Positions 25,233 through 39,056 of a stretch of DNA of 64,000 bases are shown piece after piece; position 1 is the stretch's first letter, and the number at the start of each line of letters is the position of its first letter. The position numbers and the translations under genes are program-made. The notes beneath the pieces are model-generated. The model was not told where the DNA came from. It did not search any database and saw only the letters and a program-made list of their open reading frames with translations. The DNA is from Paragordius varius (taxonomy: Eukaryota; Animalia; Nematomorpha): the NCBI GenBank assembly GCA_964247055.1, contig OZ176060.1, forward strand, positions 186,001-250,000, in the 5' to 3' direction.

Positions 25233-27856
25233 ATATTATTTCTTAATAATATATTAGCCGTTTTAATCCTTTTTAAAAATAAATATGTTTAGATTAATTT
25301 TAATTCATGGAGACTCTTTGCAGACTTTTTTTTATTTTAAGATCCTAAGATATTTGGCATGCTATTGGATTGGTCTATTCTGAAGTTTTTTTTAGATTGG
25401 CATTCTTAAAGCAAAACTAATTTACATTACTCACTTTATTGTTGGTCAATTAGCAATATAATACCTATATAAAACAAATTTCGGCCATAATTTAATAGAT
25501 ATATTTAATGTTGGAATTATAGGTATAAATGTTTATTTCACACCGTTTGTTGTTTTATACTCACACGTTACTATGTTGCCAATTGGCTAAAAATAATGTG
25601 AACTAGCCAATTACTGGGTACTATATATACTTTAAGTTTTCTATATATATAACAAATATACGGTTTAATCAGCGTGCTACGCCTTTTCAATGTAATTGTC
25701 AGTTTAAATCTTTCAGAATATTAATTTCACTCGTTTTAAAAAAACAGCACTAAGAATCTAAAACTATAAATATTTGCAAAAACTTTAAAAATATATAAAT
25801 AAAATAATTTAAAATTTTTCAGCCACAATATATTTTATTCTAAAAGAATAGCATATACACAAACTTATATATAAAATTCCTTAAATTAACAAAAAAATAA
25901 TTTATTTACCTAAGATATTATTAAGGTGCTTATTTATAAATAAACATAGAAATAAAAAATTACAAATAAAATGACAACCCAGATATAATCCAGCCTACAA
26001 TGATATCCCTTATCTAATTACAAGTATACGGATAAACTATAGTATAAATAGAAATTTTTTTTCAACCCGCTTTAATATTTTAAACATGTAGTTTAATATG
26101 GCTCTTTGTTTTAAATTTTAAAGTTTTAAATAGAAATGTAAATTGCTAACGGAAATAAAATATGTGTTTACAATTGGAATTATATATATGTAGAGTTTAA
26201 AAAAATATGGTTATCTTTGTAAAAATAAATTTATCCCACGTTTTGTCCGTATTTTTAATTTTTACTTTATTTAAACAAAGTTGAGATAAATAATATATTT
26301 TCGGCCATCGCTTAACTCGCTTGTGTTAGCTGCTAAATATTTATAAACTAAAGATTTTAATTAAATCAATATAGTCCATTCATCTGAATTAAATAGATGG
26401 CAAATATATTGAAATAATTTCTCCTTTAAACTCTGTCAATATTAAGACTTTAATTGATAATTTTTATGCTTAATTGTCGGATTAGTATCCTTGAATTATT
26501 TAATAAAATATGTCATAAAACTATTATAATAAAATTATAGGTAAGTCTGCTTTTATCATCGTTTGTTAAGTCCTCATACTTCAACAATCTATTTCTAATT
26601 TTTGGCTAATATTAAACTTAATATAACACTTTTAAATAGAGAATTAATAATGTTATTGAATGAAGAAAGAAAATAGATTAAATATATTGTAATTGGGTAA
26701 ATTTTAATTATTTAAATTTATAAAATGTCCGCATTATTCACCCGTAAAGATATGTTTTGTAAAAAAATATAAACGAAATTAGGGTATATATTTGTTTTAA
26801 TATTATATTGTTAAAATAATGGTTATATGCAAAAAACTCCAGCGACAGAATAATTTGTAGTTTAGTTTTTTAATCATTTATATAGAGTTAGATAGTCTTC
26901 GATTGATTGTTGTTTGTTCCTTTTCAAAATATATACATAGTATTTTAAGTTGTGTGCATATAAATATTTGTCATTTTTAAAGATGTTTTAAAGGATTTAT
27001 TATTTAATTTAAACATTATCCCTTAGATGGGAATCAATAAAGAACTCATAGTTAATATACTAAGCATTATGTAATATTTCTCAGAGAAACTTTTTTCAAC
27101 AAACCATCGAAAGATTTATTTATCATCTTTCTTTTTACGATTGCATGGTTTATTTTATAAATTAATTATATAGATGGCGTATTATTAACTGTAATTACCA
27201 CATATTGCAACCCCTGGACTAAAAATATATTAATTTATTTAACTAAAAGTTTGTTCTTTACAGGGTTAAAAATGACAACTTTCTTATATCCATGAAGTTT
27301 TTAATAATCATTATATTTATATATATATATATATATATATAATACTACCATATCGCCGATGTGGCTGTTAAAGTCTCCTAGATATTTAATTTTTGGCTAT
27401 AAATGAATATTTCCTTAATATCATAAATTTTTAGGGTAATTTTAATTTCCCATTAAATGTTGTACACTAAGTAATATTTTTACTGGGTCAATATTTAAAA
27501 AATGCTGCCTTTTAGGATGAAATTTTAAAGTATCTATAATTGTCAAATAAACATTGATTCATTCACACAAAAAAATGCGCGAAATTACCTTTATAATATT
27601 TTTCTTATATTTCTATTTATCGTTTTATTTAAAGTATATTACATATATCCTAATTCTTATTCCTCAGTTGTAAAGATGCCTATTTTATTTCATTTTTATT
27701 TATTGATATATATTTATTTATCTATTTTTTTGGTTCAATTTATTTGGTTTTTTCGGTTACATTTAGATATTAGTTACTATATATTTTAGTTTATTTTTAT
27801 ATATTATTAATCTTCTTATGTATTGTATTTTTGTTTTTTATGGATTTTTTTTGTAA

Positions 27857-30690
27857 GGCGTGCAGGCCAGACCCGGCCAGTCGCTGCACGGAGGTAGGGG
27901 CCAATAGGGATAAGGTAGGTTGTAGAATGTGTTTTACCAGTATAAATGTTGGTTCGTTAAAAAGTAAGTTATATGATTTAGTTGAAACTTTGAGGGTAAA
28001 AAGGTAAATTTTTTGTGCATTCAGAAAACCAGATACCGTGGAAATGATATTAAGACGTTAGAGGGTAATTATAAAATGTTTTATTCAGGTTCTATGGATG
28101 GTTAGAGTGGGGTCGCCATATAGTGCCTTTAAGATTCGTCAATCAAGTAATTGAGGTTAGACGTGTTGACAGTAGAATTATAAGTGTCGACCTATTGTCA
28201 AATAAGAAGGTTAAGCGTTTATGCCCCCCAGATAGGGTTAATTAAACCGGAGAAAGATAAATTTAATGATTTGTTAGACGCAGAAATGACTTCATTAACG
28301 AAAGACAGAGAAAATATATTTTGTGTTGATTTCAATGGGCGGACAAAATAGGAGAGGTTTTGAGCCTTGGCACGGCGGAAAAGGCCACGGGGTTATAAAT
28401 GAAGAAGGGGCTAGTTTATTAAGATTTGCCCAATCTTCTAACTTTGCTATAACAAATACTTTTTTTACGAAAAGGGATAGCCACTTAATTACCTACGAAA
28501 GTGGAAATAATAAGTCACAAATTGATTATATTCTAGTGCCACGAAAGTCTTTAAAGTTTGTTTTGGACTGCAAAGTGATACCCAACTTGCAGATTAGCAC
28601 ACAACACAATTTAATTATGTTTAAATATATGACAGATATACCAATAAATGCCAAAAAGCCTAAGCTTATAGCGCCGAAGGTAATTAAATGGGATTTTCTA
28701 AGAAACAGTAAAGAAAGATTCGTAGAAACTGTAGGCATACTAGACAGGAACAGTGATCCAGAAAGTGTTTGGTCTCAGGTGGCAAAAAAAATAAGAGAGG
28801 CGGGAGTTAAGGTGTGCGGAATAAAAGGTGGCAGAAACCAGGTTTATAGAGAGGCATGGCTGAAAGACGAGAAAATAATTCTGAAATCGCGAGAGAAAAA
28901 TCAAACTTTTAAAATGTGGAGGTTTACCCACCAAGCAGAAGACAAGGAAAAATATAAAAGGATTAATAAGGAACTTAAAAGGATTGTAAGATTGGTCAAA
29001 AAAGAAAAGACGGCATCATTATATGAAGAGTTAAACAGTAAGCAAGATCTAAACAAAGTTTTTAAAATTGCTCGACAAAGACACAGAAGAATGCTGGACT
29101 TGCCCCCTTACGCGACAGCTATTAAAGATAAAAAAGGCAAATTACTCGTTGAGGAAGCGAAAATATTGAAAAGGTGGAAAGAATATTTCCAGGACCTTGA
29201 ATTGGGCGTCAGTGAAACAAGTTTACCCGAAACACCAGAAATCTGCGCATATTGAAAGTATAACAAAAGAAGAAGTCCAGGCTAGTTTAGAAGAGATGTC
29301 AATAAATAAGGCTGCAGGTCCAGACGATATTAACATAAACTGTTGGAAAATATTGTCAGAGAAAGGTATTGAATTTTAGCGGATATTTTTAATAATGTAG
29401 TTACTACAGGTATGATACCAACCGAATGGAAGGAGAGTTTCACTGTTCCCATTTTCAAGGGTAAAGGAGATATTAATGATTGTAATAATTACAGAGGGAT
29501 AAGATTGATGTAGCATACAATGAAGTTATTTGAGAAAATACTAGAGAAAAGAATAAGAAAAATGGTTAGTATAGAGGGTAATCAATTTGGTTTTATTCCA
29601 GGAAAATCCACCATTGATCCAATTCACGCAGTAAGAAGGCTAATCGAGAAGCATATAGAAATGAAAAAGGAGTTGCATAGTATTTGTATTGATATTGAAA
29701 AGGCTGACAGAATACCTCGGAGCACAATATGGTGGAGCTTAAGACGGAAAAAGGTCCCTTAGAGTTACATAAAGATCTAAAACACACCACGGAATATCAG
29801 GTCCTATTAAAATAAACGAAGGGGTCTATCAGGGGTCTGCAATCAGCCCGTTATTATTTATAATATGCATGGACGAAATTTCAAAAGAAGTAGGGCAACA
29901 TGATGGCTGGTATTTTCTTTATGCAGACGACCTAATAGTGTTGTCCGACGAGTTGCATGAATTAAAAGAATCGGTGAGTAAATGGATTGATGTGTTACGA
30001 CGATGCGGATTAAAAGTTAACAAAAAGAAAACGGAACTGATAAATTTTGGCGGGAAAAAACGAGAAATAGAATTAGAAGAAGGGTGGGTATTAAAAGGTC
30101 AGGAAGAATGCAAATATTTAGGAGCAATATAAGCAGCTGATGGATCTTTAACACTTGATATTAATTTAAGAATTCGAAATAGTTGGGCAAATTACAAAAA
30201 GATCTCAAGTGTATTGTGCGACAAAAATATTGACCTAAAAGTAAAGGGTAAAATTTACAGTGCTGTTGTACAACCAACAATGATGTACAACTCACAGACA
30301 TGGGCAATAAAGAAATCAGAAGAGAGGCACTTTGAGGTTACTGAAATGAGAATGCTTAGATTGATGTGCGGTGTAACGAGGAATGACAAGGTGAAGAATG
30401 TCTACATAAGAGGAAGTACGGAAATCAAATCGGTAACGCAAAAGATGATGGTAAATCGTTTAAGATGGTTCGGACATGTTGAAAGAAGAGATAAAAATTA
30501 CATTGGTAAAAAGATTGATGATTATATTGTAAAAGGCAAGAGGGGAAAAGGGCGCCCTAAAACGCGATGGATAGATACAGTTAAGAGGGACATGGCAAAA
30601 CTGAACCTAAAACGCGAAGACGCCTTAGACAGGGTTCTATGGCGAAATAGTTTACGGATATGACCGCTCGAAAGAGTGATATCATATAAT
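27857..30690 (+). mobile_element. RTE-clade LINE (APE endonuclease + RT), near full length, disrupted
   Basis: APE motifs FAITNTFF, YESGNNKSQIDYIL, STQHNL. RT motifs KAAGPDDI, NQFGFIPGKSTID, LYADDL. RTE-type tail RLRWFGHVERR...RGKGRPKTRWIDTVKRDM...DRVLWR. Confidence 0.9.
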
Positions 30691-32363
30691 GTAATTATTA
30701 TACCTAATACGAAACATAAAAAAGATGGCTTATACATTACAAGTTATATAACTCATGTGTCAAGTTATTTTTTTATATACAAATAATTAAAATAAAATAA
30801 TTAAATTTTATATATTTTTAAAAATATTTATTAATATGAATACCCATTTTTTAAATATTTTTAAAATCTTTCTTCGAATAGCTAAAAATCAGACAATTAA
30901 AAAACCGTTAAGAAATGAAATCGTCTGTCGTTTCATTTTATATTTCAATTTTTGTTTTAAATTAAATTATGCTTTAAAAATATTTAAAATGAAAAAATGT
31001 ATATTTTTTAACTAATAAACTATACATTAACTTGATATTTTTTATTTGCTTTAAAAACTTTATACTTGCAAAAATTAAGCGACATTTTTCAAAATTTAGA
31101 TTCTATAATAGTTAATTAATCATTAACAAATGTGTCTTAAAAAAATAATAATTTTAATTATATTTAATATATTTGTTTTAAACTAATAATTTTTCACAGT
31201 AAACGTGTTTATATTATTTTTAGGTACAAAAAAATCCCAAATAAAATAATGATTGCTGTTTATAGAGAAGCGAATTCCGGTTATGTTAGGCTTCTTAGGT
31301 CGTTTTTGTAAAATTGAAATAGTTTAAATAATCATAATACATTAAATTGTATTTACCCAAAAATATATATTTTGAGGTGATTGACATACTGGTAGATCAG
31401 TAATATATATTTGATAAATATATTATGCTTATTAACCTCATAAAAGTAAAAAAAGGTGAATATTTATACCTTGCAAAGAATAAGTATTTTTTTAAACACT
31501 GTTACTTTATTTTAACCCATATATATTGCTTATTAATATCCACTAAAATAAGACATATGTTTAATTAATTATATGGCTCGGCTATTTTTAAAATAAAATA
31601 TGCTAAATTTGGATTTTATAGGTTTGTTAATTAAAGATATGTTCGAAAATTGTTTCTCGTTTATTAAATTAATAATATGGAAAGGGTAAATAAACTCTTT
31701 AAGATATTAAAAAACTTTTTCTATTTGATTCAATAGTAAACATTTCAAACGGTTCAGAATTTTAATTTAAAAAATTTGTTTGCTTTTAAATGTATGGGAT
31801 TGTAAAATATTTATATTTAATTTGAAGACAAACACATTTTTTGATAGTCCTGAGGTTATTTAAATGTTACGAAGCATCGAATTATGTAAAAAAAGTGTTT
31901 TTATAATATCCTAAAGCACTATACTGTTTCCATCATACCTCAAAAATATTATGAAATACGTTACCACAAAATTTCGCTAAAAATTAATTTTTAATAAATT
32001 TTGCATTTTTTATAAATATTTTTAGTATAAAACTTTATTAAATATTTAAAAAATTATAGCGCAATCCCGGCATTTTGGCGTTTATTTAAAAAAACTTCCA
32101 TTTGGAATAGCATCTAAATTTGAGACATTTGGAGATATCCCTAAAATAATTTTTAAAAAATTTATTTTGCCTTTTATATATTGATAATAAATTTCGGTGA
32201 TATTTTTTGGAATGTAGCCTATAGTTTTCGACCAAAAAAATATTTAAAAAAATGTGCGCAAATTATGTTATTATCTCATATTGTGCATTCATCCTTATAT
32301 AACTGGTATAGACTTAAACCATAAGCATCATGATATTACTGGTACATTATATATATATATATA

Positions 32364-32633
32364 CAGCAAAAATACAAATACGGACAAAATGTATAAATAT
32401 AAAGACAAAAAATTTTTTCAAAAGCAACCATACCTTTTTAAACCTTAATTTATCCTATTGATAACAATCGTATAATATGTAATTGATTGTGTTGCCAATT
32501 GATATTTCTATATTACACTTGAAAGTTTAAAACAATGAGTTATATTTAAAAAAACCTAGATTAAAAAAGTATTTTCTATTTTAATAAAGTATTTGAATTA
32601 TATATTCGTTTGTCTGTATAACAACTTTTACTG
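32364..32633. mobile_element. pogo/Tc1-like MITE
   Basis: ta|cagcaaaaatacaaatacggacaaaatgt ... cgtttgtctgtataacaacttttactg inverted ends, 270 bp. Confidence 0.65.
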
Positions 32634-34467
32634 ATATTTCATGAGGTTAATTAATCCTTCCCGATTTCTGACGGAGTGTAATAAAAATATTATAAACTAT
32701 AAGAAATTATACACAATTCTTTATTATACTAATTTAATAAACTTTTATTCATTAAATATATTTATGGTTTTTTAACAAAAATTTTAATTTTAGTAAAATT
32801 TCCTATGAGAATGTACACATAGATAACGTAAGTACCCAATAATATTAAACAATTTATACCATATCAAAAGTAAAATTATCTCTATTTTTCTGTAAAATAT
32901 ATTTGCGCTTTACAATAAATGTTATATGCAGTTTCTTATAGATAATTATATATAAATAGTTAAAATTTTAGCAAACAAGCCATATTTACAGTAAAATATT
33001 AAAATTATACGGACAAAACGTAAAAACTTAGATTTTTTTAAAAGACTCTTTTTTGAACTTTATTTTTCCCTATATAAATTATTTAATTGTGCAATTGTAT
33101 ACTTGATTGTGTTGCCAATAAATATCTCTATTCACAACTTTGTAGTTGGGTAAAATATGTAATAAATTATGCGCTATTTTCAAACTAAAATACAAACATA
33201 TATGAAAGAATACTTAGACTAATGGTTTAAGTAATTTTTTTTAATTATTGGCTCTAATAACTCATGTTTCCTATTCCAATAATTATATTTATAAATATAA
33301 GCTAAGAATTTAAGTTATAAATTCAAAATTAATTACATTTTATATAATAATTATAGACGAAATGTTTTAAAAATCAAATACACCCTCTATACAAAATGAT
33401 GTAGGAAGATTTTGTATTTAACTTTAAGCGACTTATCTTATTTTTTTAAATAATGTTACAAATTCCACCCTAAAATGCGCAAATGTATTTTGCATAGATT
33501 ATAAAATAATGTATAGCTAAATTAAATTTGGTTAAAAATTTGACTTTCTTTAGTCGAAGTTGAGAATTAGTTCAGTGCAAGGTTAACGGTTATTACTTTT
33601 TAAGTTAATAAATTTTCTTACAACAAATAAATATATATAAATTTTTACCTAAAAAAATAGTATTCGTTTTTATGGTTTTATGATGATCGCTAAAAAATTA
33701 TTTTTTAAAATTACTTATTAGAACCGATACAGATTAAGTATATGCCATCTTCTTTATGTTTTGTTAAAAAAATAACCTATTTTTAATTTATTAAAACAAA
33801 ATACTCTAAAAATGTAAATATATTAGGTTGGTATGATAATTGACCCCATAAAAAGTATACAAATAAATAAATTTTGGTTTTCTAGAAACAAATAAAACAA
33901 AATCTTATTTTTATTCAATAAATATTTTAAATAAATAACCAACATTTTTATTTTTTCAAATTATTTCATAATACCTTGTGTATATGTGACAAATATTTAT
34001 GTTATTTTACCATCGTTTAAAAGAATATATATATCATATTAAAAAATTTAAAAACGCGATTTAACATTTTCTTTAAATAGACTGTAAGGTTTCAACCTAT
34101 ATTTGGGCACAGGAACCGAAAGGGAAGTTTTATTATTATTATAAAACTTATAAAATAAATTAAATCTTTGGATAAATTTTAAAATGTAATTGAATACAAA
34201 ACAAAGGATCATTGTATTGATTGGTTTATTTTAAATATAAGTAATCCTAACACTAATATGCGCCAATTTAAAATATCTAAACATGTTAAAAACAAAAACT
34301 ACAACAAATATTTCTAATTTCGTTTATATTTTTTCTATAAAATATATCTTGTACGGGTGAGGAGAAATTAATTTAAATATTTAATATTATCCAATTACAA
34401 TATATTTAATATATTTTCCCTCTTCAATCAATAACATTATTTACCTTCTATTTGAAAGTGTTCTTTC

Positions 34468-34478
34468 AAGAACAGATA
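34468..34478 (-). ncRNA. U2: U2 snRNA 3'-junction fragment TATCTGTTCTT flanking Utopia copy 2
   Basis: Plus-strand aagaacagata is the reverse complement of U2 TATCTGTTCTT and sits exactly at the element 3' end. The same 11-mer is at the 3' end of copy 3. Confidence 0.7.
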
Positions 34479-37400
34479 TAATTTATTAATATATATAAAA
34501 TACAATTTACAATATATGAAGAAAAGTGCTACGCAACAATATTGGGCATGGGGAAGTTACAAGGGGGAAGAAAGAGAAAATATTATATATATATAAAATA
34601 AAATAAATATAAAAAAAAGAAATATATATATAAATATTACAATGATGCATTTTTTGGGTTGTTGTCTATGAAGGAATTTCGACCGCTCATAAACATGTGG
34701 TACATGTCGGCTGAAGATTTTATTATGCTTGTAACTATTGATTTCTTTAGTTGGGTAGGGCATCGGAACCTGATCTTCAAAAAAAGAACATCGTTTTTCG
34801 AATACCATGAGCCGAGGCTCCCTACAACAACTGGAATGACTTGGGTGTTGCTGTATGTTTCCTGTAATTGTTGAGCCAAACAGCTATACTTCATTATTTT
34901 ATTGTTGAATGCCGTTTCGAAGGATTCTAACCTGTTTTCAAACGGCACTGTGGGATCAATGATATAGCAATCAGTGCCATTTGTTACAATGAGGTCAGGC
35001 AGGACGTAGTCTCGACGAATCGATGGCTTGGTTTTCACTTAAGACCTTGAAATTCGATGGGAGGTTATCTTTAATCAGGTCTACTATGACGTTGTGTCTT
35101 TTGGTTATAATATTATCATCTTTAAGGCAGTGGTTAAAAACGTGGGCTTGTGTTTCTTTCGATTTGCCGCAGCGACGGCACATTTGTTCAGACGACCTGA
35201 GACGCGCATTTTCTGTGGTAGGATATTAATCCGCGCTCGATGGATGAAGTTCAAGTCTCTAAAACGAAGATCCTTATTATTGTTTAGGAAGTGGTGACTG
35301 ACCTTATCATCAGCAATGCACTCCATCACCCGACCCTGCAAAGCAAAATGGTGTAGCTCGGTATCCTTTATATTTCGTGTCAAAAATCGAAGGTTAGAAA
35401 CAACAGCTGAGCGATTGTCTTAGGAGATTTTAGAGAACTCTGGAAATTTTGTAGGCTGAAAAGAATCATCAAAAGACCAGGAAATTTTGAGAGATTCAGA
35501 AGCCATTCTCGCTTATTTCCAAATGTTTTGGCATTTATTAGCTGGATTTGAGACAAGAGGGTTCTCATAACCAGACAAATACTTGCCTAATTGATCGGGA
35601 GTTATAGAATCTAATCGAACCTTAAAACGAAAGATAGCCGAAACCTTAAGTTACTCGAAGAAACTTTTCTTAATTTATCAGAAACTTCAGATGCTGAAAA
35701 GCGAATAAAATCATGTAAGGAACAGAATTATTAGAATAATTAAAATTAATAGGCTCCGATTTTATGCCAATTGTATTGTTAAATGATTAGTTATATCTTC
35801 GTTATTAATTTTACAAGAGGATGGAGGGCCATCAACGATTAATCTTATAGCTTTTTTCCTATTTTTCTTATACATGAACGAATATTTATATCTTTATGAA
35901 CCAAACATTTAGACTTATTATAATCAGCCCGGGGAGGATATAGTGCATTTTGAAAATTATTAAAGAACAAATATCCTCCCAGTCGGAATTCTCGTCGTGG
36001 GAGTCAAGAAGGTTATTAAAATTAGTAAAAGGAAAAATATTTTTATTTAAAGCAGGAAATTTAATTTTTATTTGGTGGAGGTAGAAAACCGATGAAGTGG
36101 GTTCCTCATCAACACTTTCCTCCAGAATAGTAAAACGATTAGATAAAGAGACTTCATTTTTAAAAAAGTAATTAAAATAATTTTTGTTCTCCTAACAATC
36201 ACTGGGATTTATAATATTATAATTTATATCCGTAATGGAATTATTGTCTTCATGTCCCTTACCAATTGTGTTTGAGGTCCCACTCACTTTGGTAGGAGGA
36301 GAATTTACCGGAGAGTTGGGTGGATTAAAAAAGCTGAATGGGTTGAAGATGACTGGACAACCTTAGGGGCTTATTAGAAGGATTGAATCGGAGGTTTGAC
36401 AAACTTAACTGTTTGGTGTGAGGAAGGATGAGGAGGTAGATTATGAGATCTTTTATGAGATAGTAGAGAGAGACATGCGCTTGGGAAACGACAAGTCACA
36501 CTCATTACATGCGTGAGGCATTTGGACAATAGGAGATTTGGATGCAAAAATGCACTCTTTCATATGTATGCTTGGGTGGATGAATAGATAAAACTTTGTT
36601 ATAAAGTTTGCAAAAATTAACTATTTTGATTAGTTCTTTATGGACCAGCTTAATATGACGTAGAAAATACAGTCACTAGGCAGTCCAGGATTTACAACGA
36701 AACTGATTTTTACAAGATTTAAACGGGCAAACGAAGTGATTAGGTAATGGAATGAAAAAGAAAGTTAGGGTTTTGTCTTGCAGGGTAGGTTGATGTGGCA
36801 TCACCTCCAATAGGTTGCCATCATTATCATCAACATTATTATTTATCTTAAGCATTTCGTTGGCTGGATGGACACGATCAAGGTGGTCTTGCGTTTCACG
36901 TTTGAGCTGGGAGATTTGGCCTGATTGGATGACTGATTGGTAGCTGTGTACACGTTGTCGTAGAACTGAGATGAAGAGAGTGATGGGAAATGGTGTTCAT
37001 AGAGAAATAGAGCCAATATCAGATGTAGGTGGACGTGTTGACACAGAATGATGAATGGCTTTGAGTATTGACCGTGGTGACAGAGGTATGGCAGAAGGTT
37101 GTCTTGCAGTATATTGGTTGATTATCATTATCACTTATTGTAAGGGGATACATGATTTGTACGTTGTTGGAGCTAAAAATGTTGGTAGATATCATATCTA
37201 AAATAAAAATAAACAAAATATATATTAGAAAGAAATTTAGATGGCCCAAAGGATTAAAGAATGGATATAAATAAAGTCCTAATCACCCGGATAATTAATA
37301 TATAGCTAAAAGGGGGCCGGGAATTCAGAGACATACGATTAAAAGTAAAAACATCATGCAATTAAAAGATAAAGAGATGCGCGAATTTCAAAAAGGGGGT

Positions 37401-37593
37401 AAACAATAAACAATTAAGAGGGGCGCGGACATTACCAAAGGGAGAAAAGGGCACAAAATTTAAAAAACAAGGTATGAAAGTGCAAAAGATAATATAAATA
37501 AAAAGGGACAGTTAAACATTTGCAAAAGTATAAAGGATGGCATAAGATCATGTTTGATTAATTTTATTAAGAATTTTAAGGTAAGAAGGGACG
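34479..37593 (-). mobile_element. Utopia-type element copy 2: longest 5' end, RT domain internally deleted (non-autonomous)
   Basis: RLE motifs (KRHNVIV, PDLIVTNGTDCYIIDPTVPFEN, KY), CCHC knuckle and N-terminal fingers (CPFKSC..., CNECD...) are present. At ~35660 the pre-RT sequence is fused to the post-RT sequence. Confidence 0.9.
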
Positions 37594-37623
37594 ACACTTT
37601 GATCTTAGCCAAGAGGCTGAGAA
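37594..37623 (-). ncRNA. U2: U2 snRNA 5' fragment at the 5' junction of Utopia copy 2
   Basis: Reverse complement TTCTCAGCCTCTTGGCTAAGATCAAAGTGT compared with metazoan U2 TTCTCGGCCTT(T/A)TGGCTAAGATCAA(A)GTGT. It stops at the branch-point-pairing region. Confidence 0.85.
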
Positions 37624-38599
37624 ATTTACAATAATGACACTATAAAATAATATATTAATAGATCATTAACCATTATAATAAATTTTCAATATTTTCCTTT
37701 ACAAAAAAAACATTATTAAGGTTATTTTAAAATTTTTATTTTTATATTTTTTGATAGCCAAAAATTAAAACTTGTTTTTGAATGAATGTGGACTTAACTA
37801 TCAATGAATAAGGTAGCTCAATTACATTTTATATTTATAATATTTATACCAATTTTTTCACCGATTTAAAAGAAACAAAAGTCCCACAATTAGTCAAAAA
37901 AAATTATAAAACAAAATCAAATAGATATTATATTTGTTTATATTAATATTAATACACTTGCCATCTATTTAAAAAATCGTATGAATTGTTTTGTTATAAA
38001 AACTCATCAACCAACAATAGCGAGAAGCTAATTGATTGCACAAAATATATTATTCATTAACTTATCTTTTCAACATATTAGATAATTAAAAAATAGTTTA
38101 TAATTTTTATTTTTGTTTCTAAGTTTTTTTATAAATATTATACATTTATTTTTATCATTAATTTTGGTTTAAGTAGTTTTATATATGAGTTTGTTTAATT
38201 TTTTCATGCTTTCTTTTTGCAATGAAATAGGCCTGTATCGCACATAAATTACTGAATTATTTTAGGCTTATTTTTGAATTTCTAGAAATTATATTTAGTG
38301 GTAGTTTATTAGGGCTTAGCGGTTTTATACTGGGCTAAACGTAATAATTACAATAAAAAAGCGGCTGAATAAACCGTAATTTTAAATAAAAAAAACTTAT
38401 AGTATATACAGTACCTTTTTTATTGTTGGTTACTTCATTATATAATGCTAATTGGCAAAACAGTAACGTGTGAGTAAAAAAACAAACGGTGTGAAATAAT
38501 TTTTCCTATATCACAACATTAAATTTGCTTATTAGTTTATGGACAAGATTTGTTTTATATTGTACTGTATTCCAAATTGGCGAATAAAGTGACTACTGT

Positions 38600-38856
38600 A
38601 TAATAAAAATCGAAACTATACGCACTAAACGTAAAATATATAGTGAATTTTTTTCAAACAACCATACATATTAAAATTTAATTTTTTATACAAAAACTAA
38701 TGAATTGGAATTGTAAAATACATTATTGATTATACTTTATTTTGCAAACTGAAACATTCAGTCAATTAAGAAAATCAAGATATTAAAGTTATGGTTATCA
38801 GTTATAAAAAATTTTTATATTTTTACTTTTTGTCCGCATAATTTTAATTTTTACTG
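38600..38856. mobile_element. pogo/Tc1-like MITE in the ZnF 3' flank
   Basis: aaaaatcgaaactatacgcactaaacgt ... tttttgtccgcataattttaatttttactg|ta. Confidence 0.6.
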
Positions 38857-39056
38857 TAATTTATTTATTATCTACAAAAGGAAACTCCTCAAAAGACCGG
38901 TCAAATAGCATTCCAAATATTTTATTAACAATGCATTTAGCAAAACGTTTTCATAAAATAATATGAATCTCAATATCTTTTATTTGAGAAATGGATTTAT
39001 AAACCAAATTATATTAAATGCTACATGTAATATATTATATATGTTGAATTAAATGT

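Noticed and set aside
27857-27892. GC-rich hairpin gtgcag...ctgcac at the RTE 5' end as an HDV-like ribozyme
   Set aside because: Only one 6-bp stem is evident and the nested double pseudoknot could not be built by eye.
27840-30700. Target-site duplication for the RTE element
   Set aside because: Only a short tgtaa match exists on both sides, which is not distinguishable from chance in this base composition.
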